A stretch of 64,000 nt of DNA, taken from Alphaproteobacteria bacterium. Lineage in GTDB: Bacteria; Pseudomonadota; Alphaproteobacteria; UBA9219. A model generated the notes under the pieces. It had not been told where the DNA came from and did no database searches. It worked only from the letters and a program-made list of their open reading frames with translations. The translations under genes and the position numbers were made by a program. The stretch lies in contig WREW01000001.1 of the NCBI GenBank assembly GCA_009779135.1, positions 784 through 64,783 of the forward strand, written 5' to 3'. The stretch's first letter is position 1, and the number at the start of each line of letters is the position of its first letter. Shown piece after piece: positions 56,600 through 64,000 of this stretch.

Positions 56600-57681
56600 G
56601 ATATTTTGTCCTTAGAGCCCGCGCGGTAAAGAGGGCTTGCGCGATAATGCCGCACGGCAAGGCGGATCAGAACGCCCAAAACAGCGGCCACAGGCACAGC
56701 AATCAAAATGCCGACAAAGCCGAGCAAAGCGCCCCCCGCAAACACGGCAAACAAAACCCAAACCGGATGAAGCCCGACGCGGCCACCGACGAGTCTGGGC
56801 GTCAAAACGTAGCTTTCAAGCGTCTGCCCGATAAGAACAACAAGAAATGTCGCAAGAATAGGTCCCCATGTGTCGAACTGGATAAAGGCAAGAGTCATGC
56901 TTACCACCAGACAGAAGATGGTTCCCACATAGGGAATAAAAGCCACAGCGCCTGAAAGAATGCCGACAATCACGCCATATTTAAGGCCGACCAAAGTAAG
57001 GCTGATACTGAAAAACAGCCCCAAAGACAAACACACAAGCGCCTGCCCGCGCAGAAAGCCGGACAGCGTGGTGTTGATCTCGCGGAAAGCGCGGGAGAAA
57101 AGAGGATATTGTTTGCGCGGCACGAGATCTTCAATCGTTTTTGTTACAGAAGGCCAATCACGCAGCAGATAAAAAGCAACAATAGGCGTGATAACAAGCA
57201 AAGTCAGAATATCGAACAGCGCGACACTGCGCAAGACAAGCCCTTTAAGAACGCCACCGGCCCAGCCTATAACGTCACCGGCATAAGCCGAAACGGCATC
57301 ACGCAGCCTGTCAACATCGTGCGGCGAAAGCTTGTGTACCCATTCATAAACCAAAGGCATCAGGCGCTCGCGCACATAGCCGACGCCATCAGGTATAGAG
57401 GCAATCAAGGTCAGGATCTGGCTTTGGATCAGCGGAAAAAGAAGCAAAACAAGCGAAAGCGCCGCCACAACAAAACTTAACAACACCAAAGATGTGCTAA
57501 GCCAGCGCGGCCAGCCCGCGCGCGATAGCCGATCCACAACCGGATCCAGAAAATAGGCGATCACCATACCAGCGACAAAAGGCAGCAAAATTGGCCGCAA
57601 AAGCCAGATAAAAAGGCAAAGCAGCGCGGCCATGACAAGCCAGAAACGCACGGCAAACTGGGATGAGACTTCACGAGGCAT
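56596..57681 (-). CDS. AI-2E (PerM) family transporter
   Basis: AYFLDP, FYLLRDW, FLRGQ, FIPYVG, GLHPVW. Confidence 0.92.
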   Translation of the reverse strand: MPREVSSQFAVRFWLVMAALLCLFIWLLRPILLPFVAGMVIAYFLDPVVDRLSRAGWPRWLSTSLVLLSFVVAALSLVLLLFPLIQSQILTLIASIPDGVGYVRERLMPLVYEWVHKLSPHDVDRLRDAVSAYAGDVIGWAGGVLKGLVLRSVALFDILTLLVITPIVAFYLLRDWPSVTKTIEDLVPRKQYPLFSRAFREINTTLSGFLRGQALVCLSLGLFFSISLTLVGLKYGVIVGILSGAVAFIPYVGTIFCLVVSMTLAFIQFDTWGPILATFLVVLIGQTLESYVLTPRLVGGRVGLHPVWVLFAVFAGGALLGFVGILIAVPVAAVLGVLIRLAVRHYRASPLYRAGSKDKIS

Positions 57682-57708
57682 GATCGTTTTCCTCTTCTGT
57701 TATTTTAG

Positions 57709-58800
57709 TTATTCCGCCGCATCATAAGAAAGCTCCCAGCCGCGCCCATAGCCATGCACAAGAGCAAGGCCCTGAACGGCCAAGGCTGCCTGCAAATCCT
57801 GAAGATCGCCACGGAAAACAAGCTCGATATGCACAAGGCCGCGCGTCATGGTCACCACATTGACATCTATAAGATCCTGCACAAGATCCAGTTTTTTACG
57901 CAAGGCCGTCCAGACCGCCAAAGTCGGCACCAAAACGCGCACCGGAAGATAAGATGGAGGTTGAGTCAAAGAAGGATGATCTTCCCGCCAGCTGCTTTCA
58001 ATTTGCGCCATCACCTGCTGCGTGGCGTTATGAAGGACGGCCTCGATCATATTTTTGCTTTTGATGGTTTCAAGCGCGATGCGGAAAGGCGATAAAGGGC
58101 GGCCTCTATTGTCATAGCGGTAAACGGTGACAAGCGCCTCAAGCGCGCCGGTCTGGTCAAGATCAGCTTCCAAAACAGGAACAATAACGCCCTCGGCCTT
58201 GTGGTGCTTCATGATATTTTGAAGAACATCTTCCGATCCTTTAAGCGCTTCCTGCGCAGAGATAAGCGCAATATCGTCAAGATCGCCCTGCGGGATAATC
58301 ACCGGCGCAAGCCCCGCTTGGCGCGGCATGGCCGACCAAGCCTGCGCCCATGGTGTTGTTTGCTCCCACAAAATCGCGCGCTCGCCTATTTTAAAGACAG
58401 GCAGCACCACAACAGGCTTGGCGCGCATTTCAAAATAAGAAACCCCCTGCCCGCTTAGATATTGCCGCACGCGCTCGGACTTGAAAGCAACGGTGAATAC
58501 GCCCGTATAGCGCGGCCCCGCAATATGTTCTTTTTGAACTTCCAGAGAGGAAACAAGCGCGGCAATCACCTTGTCATCAGGCGGGTCACTCGGCATTTTG
58601 CTGCCGAGCCGATCCAGAAGTCTGAGGAAAGCCGTATTTTGCGCCTCTAACATAGCTTGATCGCGGGCGGCAGAGGCCGAGGCGGCGCTTACATCCACGG
58701 CCACATTAGCCACAGTATAAACAGGGTCGGCCCCCTGCCCCCATGCAGGCAGCGCAAAAATAAGAAAAATCAGGCCACATAAAAAAGTGATAAGGCGCAT
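57709..58800 (-). CDS. DUF2066-like periplasmic protein
   Basis: Signal peptide, V.VDVSA.SA..ARDQA; divergent from purM. Confidence 0.7.
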   Translation of the reverse strand: MRLITFLCGLIFLIFALPAWGQGADPVYTVANVAVDVSAASASAARDQAMLEAQNTAFLRLLDRLGSKMPSDPPDDKVIAALVSSLEVQKEHIAGPRYTGVFTVAFKSERVRQYLSGQGVSYFEMRAKPVVVLPVFKIGERAILWEQTTPWAQAWSAMPRQAGLAPVIIPQGDLDDIALISAQEALKGSEDVLQNIMKHHKAEGVIVPVLEADLDQTGALEALVTVYRYDNRGRPLSPFRIALETIKSKNMIEAVLHNATQQVMAQIESSWREDHPSLTQPPSYLPVRVLVPTLAVWTALRKKLDLVQDLIDVNVVTMTRGLVHIELVFRGDLQDLQAALAVQGLALVHGYGRGWELSYDAAE

Positions 58801-58887
58801 TTGCAAACTCGCTTATTTTCGCTAGGATCTACCCTCAAGCAGGGTTTATCGTATTTTTCCTCGATCAGCAACGATGACGGTCAAAGT

Positions 58888-59967
58888 ATGACAGAGATGG
58901 AAGAAAAAAAACAAGACGCTTATGCGCGCGCGGGCGTTGATATTGAGGCCGGCAACCAGCTGGTCGAGGCCATCAAGCCCCTTGCCCGCGCCACGGCACG
59001 GGCGGGCGCGGACGGCGCTCTGGGCGGCTTTGGCGGCCTTTTTGACCTCAAGGCGGCAGGTTTTCGGGATCCCATTTTAGTCAGTGCTACGGACGGGGTA
59101 GGCACCAAAATCAAGCTGGCGCTGCAGATGGACAAGCATGACGGCATCGGCATTGATCTTGTGGCCATGGTTGTGAATGATCTGATCGCAGTCGGGGCTG
59201 AGCCATTGTTTTTCCTTGATTATTATGCAACAGGTCAGCTGAATACCGAAACCGCCCGCACGGTGGTTGCCGGTATAGCCGAAGGCTGCAAAGTCGCGCA
59301 TTGCGCGCTGATCGGCGGCGAAACGGCGGAAATGCCCGGCATGTACGCGCAGGAGGATTACGATCTTGCGGGCTTTGCCGTGGGCGCGGTCGAGCGTGGC
59401 CAGACCCTGCCTCGTCAGGACATCAAGGAAGGCGATATTGTTCTGGGGCTGGCCTCAAACGGCCTTCACAGCAACGGTTTTTCTCTGGTGCGCAAGATTA
59501 TTGAGCAAATGGGTATGGATCTTAATACCCCTGCCCCCTTTGATGGCTCGCGCTCTTTGGGCCAAGCTCTTTTGGAGCCGACACGCATCTATGTGCAGCC
59601 TGTGTTAGGCGCTGTTAAAACAGGCAAGGTTAAGGCTCTGGCGCATATCACCGGCGGCGGGCTTCTTGAAAATATCCCGCGCATATTGCCCAAAGGCCTT
59701 GGCGTCTGGCTTTCCACAAAAAGCTGGCCGGTGCCGGCTGTGTTTAAATGGCTTGCCAAAGAAGCTTCAATCAGCGCGAAGGACATGGCCCGCACTTTTA
59801 ATTGCGGCCTTGGCATGATCGTGATTACAGCGGCAGAAGATGCGGAAGAGCTTATGCGCTTTTTCACCGATGTGGGTGAGACCATTTACCGCGTGGGCGA
59901 GGTTGAAAAAAACCTCGGTGACAACCGCATTTCCTTGCAAGGCATGGAAAGCAGCTGGCCATGCTGA
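58888..59967 (+). CDS. purM: Phosphoribosylaminoimidazole synthetase
   Basis: YARAGVDI, TDGVGTK, GGETAEMPG, HSNGFSL, HITGGG. Confidence 0.97.
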   Translation: MTEMEEKKQDAYARAGVDIEAGNQLVEAIKPLARATARAGADGALGGFGGLFDLKAAGFRDPILVSATDGVGTKIKLALQMDKHDGIGIDLVAMVVNDLIAVGAEPLFFLDYYATGQLNTETARTVVAGIAEGCKVAHCALIGGETAEMPGMYAQEDYDLAGFAVGAVERGQTLPRQDIKEGDIVLGLASNGLHSNGFSLVRKIIEQMGMDLNTPAPFDGSRSLGQALLEPTRIYVQPVLGAVKTGKVKALAHITGGGLLENIPRILPKGLGVWLSTKSWPVPAVFKWLAKEASISAKDMARTFNCGLGMIVITAAEDAEELMRFFTDVGETIYRVGEVEKNLGDNRISLQGMESSWPC

Positions 59968-60608
59968 ATGTGGCCATTTTAATCTCAGGGCGCGGCAGCA
60001 ATATGCAGGCCTTAGTCCGCGAATCTCAAAAAGAAAACGCGCCTTTTCGCGTGGTTTGCGTTCTTTCCAACAAAGCGGATGCCGCAGGGCTTGCATGGGC
60101 GCAGGAACAAGGGATTCACACGGTCGTTGTGCCGCATAAAGATTTCAACAAAGACCGTCAGGCTTTCGAGCAAGTAATCAATGAAAAACTGCAGGAATGC
60201 GGCGCGCAGCTTGTTTGTCTGGCTGGCTTTATGCGTCTGTTGACACCGTGGTTTGTGCAGCAATGGCGCGATCGCTTTATCAATATCCATCCGTCTTTGC
60301 TCCCCGCCTTCCCGGGCCTTGATGTGCAGCAAAAAGCGATTGATTACGGTGCCAAACTCTCCGGCTGCACGGTGCATTTTGTGCGCGAAGAAATGGATCA
60401 CGGCCCCATCATCGCCCAAGCCGCAGTCCCCGTCCTACCCGAAGACACCGCCGAAACCCTCGCCGCGCGTATTTTGAAATGCGAGCACCAGATTTATCCC
60501 CAAGCCGTAAACTGGATCGCCCAGAATCGTGTCAGCATAATAAATGAAAAAGTCTTTATCGCAGACGCCAAAGCCCCCCAAAGCCTAACCAATCCCTGCG
60601 CAGAATAA
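59961..60608 (+). CDS. purN: Phosphoribosylglycinamide formyltransferase
   Basis: ISGRGSN, LAGFMR, NIHPSLLP, GCTVHFV, DHGPII. Confidence 0.97.
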   Translation: MLNVAILISGRGSNMQALVRESQKENAPFRVVCVLSNKADAAGLAWAQEQGIHTVVVPHKDFNKDRQAFEQVINEKLQECGAQLVCLAGFMRLLTPWFVQQWRDRFINIHPSLLPAFPGLDVQQKAIDYGAKLSGCTVHFVREEMDHGPIIAQAAVPVLPEDTAETLAARILKCEHQIYPQAVNWIAQNRVSIINEKVFIADAKAPQSLTNPCAE

Positions 60609-60664
60609 CGCCCCCCTCCTGCCAATGACAAGAGGGGAGGCGACACGGCTATGGGTTCTTCCAC

Positions 60665-61513
60665 CTAATTCAGCCGCCACCGCAATTCGCGCAGCATGCT
60701 GTCTTCCTGTGGCACGGCTATGGCTTGGGGGGCCAGATCGCGCACGACTTCAAGGGCGTTGATGGCGGCGCGTAAATGGCCGCGTTCGGCTTGCAAATAG
60801 CCAAGCTCGCGCCACAAATCCTGCTGGCGCGGGGCAAAAAGAATCATGCTTTGCAGCGCGCCGATCGCGCCTTCGATCCGATCCTGCATCAAAAGACGGC
60901 GTTTGACGCTGTGCTGCAGCCGCAAAAGCACCGCGCGGCGGGAAAGGGGGCGCAAAAGTTCAGACGAAAGATCAAGAAGGGCAGGGGGATCCGGTTCGTC
61001 AAACAGCAGATTTTCCAGATCATCAAGCGGCGCTTCTTCAATCAGGCAGGTTTGGCCTGCGCGGAAAGGATCAATCACGACCTGCCCGTCTTGGGCGGAA
61101 AGCCGCAAAAGAAAATGGCCCGAAAGGTCAAGCCCCGTCATCGCCCAGCCCATCTTTCCGGCGATATGAAGATAAAGAATCCCCAAAGCCACGGGCGAGC
61201 CGCGCCGCCGCTCAAGCACATCCGCAAGATTGGTGGCACGCGCATCATCATGATGATTTTCATCGCCTGTGTATTTGTTTTGCACAACGAGCACATGCCG
61301 CAAAATCGCAAGCTGATCGTCAAGAGCTTTAGGGCATCCCGCGCTGCGCGCCTGCGCAAGCAGCAGATCCAGCGCCTCCCGCGCGCTTTCAAGCCTGTCA
61401 TGAGGCCGGTCAATCACAGCCAGAGCCAAAGCCGTCTGCGCGATATCAAGAGAATCATCCTCCTGTTCGCCGGCATGCCGTAAAAGACGTATAGATTCGG
61501 GATTGTTTTGCAT
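60665..61513 (-). CDS. SirB1-like transglutaminase-core/TPR protein
   Basis: VLERRRGSPVALGILY, GHFLLR, IDPF, C-terminal TPR-like helices. Confidence 0.85.
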   Translation of the reverse strand: MQNNPESIRLLRHAGEQEDDSLDIAQTALALAVIDRPHDRLESAREALDLLLAQARSAGCPKALDDQLAILRHVLVVQNKYTGDENHHDDARATNLADVLERRRGSPVALGILYLHIAGKMGWAMTGLDLSGHFLLRLSAQDGQVVIDPFRAGQTCLIEEAPLDDLENLLFDEPDPPALLDLSSELLRPLSRRAVLLRLQHSVKRRLLMQDRIEGAIGALQSMILFAPRQQDLWRELGYLQAERGHLRAAINALEVVRDLAPQAIAVPQEDSMLRELRWRLN

Positions 61514-61613
61514 CGAATCAGTGTAGCGCAAAAGCCCGCCCAAGTGAATCCAGCCCAAGGAAAAAGAACTGGGGATAAGTCAAACTTTTTGTCTGCTGTG
61601 GCTTTCTTCCTCT

Positions 61614-61718
61614 TGTCATCCTCGAGGCTTGCGTAGCAAGCGCTCGGGGATCGGCCACCAGAGCGTAAGATCCCCGTGCTCTTGTCCGCCAGCAGGCGGA
61701 CAAGCCACGAGAATGACA
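61614..61718. repeat. Palindromic repeat family B, short-core copy (105 bp)
   Basis: TGTCATCCTCGAGG...CCACGAGAATGACA with both side hairpins. Confidence 0.9.
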
Positions 61719-61736
61719 AAGAGGGAATAGATAACT

Positions 61737-62744
61737 TTACCGCGCGTTCATCATGGCCACAGCCGTGTCCAGCATGCGGCAGGAAAAACCCCATTCATTG
61801 TCGTACCAGCTCATCACGCGGACAAAACGGTTATTGATAACGCGGGTTTCTTTTAAGGAAAAAATGCTCGAGCGTGAATCATGGTTAAAATCAACAGAGA
61901 CCAAAGGCTCATCATAAACGCCGAGAATGCCTTTAAGACGCCCTTGCGAAGCTGCGGTCATGGCATGCGCAATTTCCTCGGCGCTTGTATCCCGCTTGGC
62001 GGTAAAACACAAATCAACCAGAGAAACATTTTGCGTCGGCACGCGGATTGAAGTGCCGCCGAGCTTGCCTTCAAGCGCAGGCAAAACCTTGCCCACAGCC
62101 TTGGCCGCACCCGTGGTTGTGGGAATCATGTTGACCGCCGCCGTGCGCGCGCGGTGCAGATCCTTATGCGCGGTATCCACAACACATTGATCGCCCGTAT
62201 AAGAGTGAATCGTTGTCATAAAACCGCTTTCAATGCCGACCGTATTTTCCAAAACCATCGCCACCGGCGCCAGAGCATTGGTCGTGCAGGAAGCGTTAGA
62301 CACAATCACGTCCGAGGGTTTGAGCTTGTCTTCATTAACGCCGAAAACAACCGTAAGATCCTCATCCTCGGCAGGCGCGGAAATCAGGACTTTTTTGGCA
62401 CCGGCCTCAAGATGTTTCATGGCCTGCGCGCGCTTTCTGAAAACGCCTGAACATTCCAAAACAACATCAACGCCAAGCGCCTGCCAAGGCGCCTGCGCGG
62501 GATCAAGAAACATAGATCCCTTGATGGTGCGGCCATTGACAATCAAATCCGCGCCGGAAACCTCAACTTGGCCCGAAAAACGGCCATGCGCGGAATCATA
62601 TTTAAAAAGATGCGCATTCATGTCCATATCGGAAGGCGTATTGATGGCGACAATTTCAATATCCTGACGCCCGGACTCTGCCAAAGCGCGCAAGGTTAAA
62701 CGTCCAATGCGGCCAAATCCGTTGATGGCAGCGCGTAGGGTCAT
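61737..62744 (-). CDS. gap: Glyceraldehyde-3-phosphate dehydrogenase, type I
   Basis: INGFGRIGR, SNASCTTN, TTGAAKAV, WYDNEWGFS. Confidence 0.97.
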   Translation of the reverse strand: MTLRAAINGFGRIGRLTLRALAESGRQDIEIVAINTPSDMDMNAHLFKYDSAHGRFSGQVEVSGADLIVNGRTIKGSMFLDPAQAPWQALGVDVVLECSGVFRKRAQAMKHLEAGAKKVLISAPAEDEDLTVVFGVNEDKLKPSDVIVSNASCTTNALAPVAMVLENTVGIESGFMTTIHSYTGDQCVVDTAHKDLHRARTAAVNMIPTTTGAAKAVGKVLPALEGKLGGTSIRVPTQNVSLVDLCFTAKRDTSAEEIAHAMTAASQGRLKGILGVYDEPLVSVDFNHDSRSSIFSLKETRVINNRFVRVMSWYDNEWGFSCRMLDTAVAMMNAR

Positions 62745-62773
62745 GATGTTTTCTCCTGAAGTAAAAAAGTTTT

Positions 62774-64000
62774 TTAGGATTTGCGTTTTTTACGCGCCGC
62801 AATCGCGCTTTTGGCTGCTTCTTCCACAGCCTGTGCCGTAAGGCCGAAATGCTCATAAAGAACGCCGGCAGGGGCCGAAGCGCCGAAATCGCCAAGCCCT
62901 ACAAAACGCCCATCACATCCCAGATACAGATCCCAGCCCATGCGCATGCCCGCTTCAATCGCCACGCGCGGCGCGGCGCCGAGAACGCTTTCCTTATAAG
63001 CCTCATCCTGCGCATCAAAAAGCGCAAAACAAGGCATGGACACCACGGCGGCCTTGATGCCTTGGGACAGCAAAAGCCCCTGCGTCTGAATGGCAATCGC
63101 AACTTCCGAGCCGGTTGCTAAAAGCGTCACATCGCGCGGCCCTTGTGTTTCTTTGAGGATATAAGCGCCTTTGGCCGTCAGATTCTTTTTGGAAAAATTG
63201 CGGATGGTCGGCAAGGCTTGGCGCGAAAGCGACAGGATAGAGGGGCTGTTTTCCGCCCGCAAAGCAAGCTCCCAGCTTTCGGCGGTTTCAATGCCATCAC
63301 AAGGGCGGAAGACCAGAAGATTGGGAATCACGCGAAGACTTGCCAGATGCTCCACAGGCTGATGCGTGGGCCCGTCTTCGCCAAGACCTATACTGTCATG
63401 AGTCATCACAAAAATTGAACGCACCCGCATCAGCGCCGCAAGACGCACAGCCGGACGGCAGTAATCCACAAACTGCATAAACGTCCCGCCATAGGGAATA
63501 ATGCCGCCATGCAGCGCCATGCCGTTCATCAGGGCCGCCATGCCGTGCTCGCGTACGCCGTAATGAATATAGCGCCCCTTGAAGTTTTGAGCCTGCACGG
63601 CTTCATAGCCCTTGACCTGCGTGTTGTTGGAGGGCGAAAGATCAGCAGATCCGCCCACCAGAGAATCCAAAAGCGGCATCAAAGCGCCAAGAACTTTTCC
63701 TGAAGACTGCCTTGTCGCATCAAGCGGCTTGTCGGTTGCGATACGCTCTTTCAGCTGCGCAAGAACATCCTGAAACCGCGCGCCCAAAGTCCCTTGCATG
63801 GCGTTGGTAAAAGCATCCTTATGCGCGGATTCTTCAAGCCGTTTTTCCCAAGCCTGCCGCGCATGCCGATGACGCGCGCCGGTTTCGCGCCAAGCGTCAA
63901 GCAAGGCTGCGGGAATGTCAAAAGGCTCAGACTCAAGGCCCAGCGCGCAGCGCGCGGCGGCCACTTCCTCACGCCCCAAGGGCGAGCCGTGACAGCCGGA
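62774..64000 (-). CDS. tkt: Transketolase, 5' part outside the window
   Basis: GGSADL, YGVREHGM, THDSIGLGEDGPTHQPVE, ATGSEV, FGASAP. Confidence 0.97.
   Translation of the reverse strand, partial: SGCHGSPLGREEVAAARCALGLESEPFDIPAALLDAWRETGARHRHARQAWEKRLEESAHKDAFTNAMQGTLGARFQDVLAQLKERIATDKPLDATRQSSGKVLGALMPLLDSLVGGSADLSPSNNTQVKGYEAVQAQNFKGRYIHYGVREHGMAALMNGMALHGGIIPYGGTFMQFVDYCRPAVRLAALMRVRSIFVMTHDSIGLGEDGPTHQPVEHLASLRVIPNLLVFRPCDGIETAESWELALRAENSPSILSLSRQALPTIRNFSKKNLTAKGAYILKETQGPRDVTLLATGSEVAIAIQTQGLLLSQGIKAAVVSMPCFALFDAQDEAYKESVLGAAPRVAIEAGMRMGWDLYLGCDGRFVGLGDFGASAPAGVLYEHFGLTAQAVEEAAKSAIAARKKRKS

Noticed and set aside
60610-60645. CCTCCTGCCAATGACAAGAGGGGAGG as another repeat copy
   Set aside because: Only a degenerate half-site within a probable terminator; too short to call.

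Overview
Chromosomal origin region of an alphaproteobacterium, inferred from gene order: rho-hemH-hemE-[oriC]-DUF299-aroE-coaE-dnaQ, mnmE-mnmG-rsmG-parA-parB, holA-lptE-leuS, lptFG-surA-rsmA, and hdaA/purMN. Most of the window is housekeeping. Five features stand out. (1) A minus-strand ORF of more than 1320 codons runs off the left edge and is absent from the ORF track. It joins a prepilin-like leader and pseudopilin-like head to phage-fibre-like segments and long tandem repeats. (2) A Dot/Icm type IVB motor module (icmB, icmP, unknown gene, icmO) sits among core genes with no mobility genes. (3) The origin and partition region looks atypical: an intact-looking oriC with no obvious GC-skew flip, no canonical parS seen by eye, and a ParB lacking the parS-reading arginine. 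(4) Two related families of TGTCAT-ended cruciform repeats show cores flipped relative to their arms. (5) A triple porin array is interleaved with these repeats and a strong G-quadruplex motif. No rRNA, tRNA, CRISPR array, transposase or integrase was recognised. All calls come from manual translation and motif recognition; no database searches were run.
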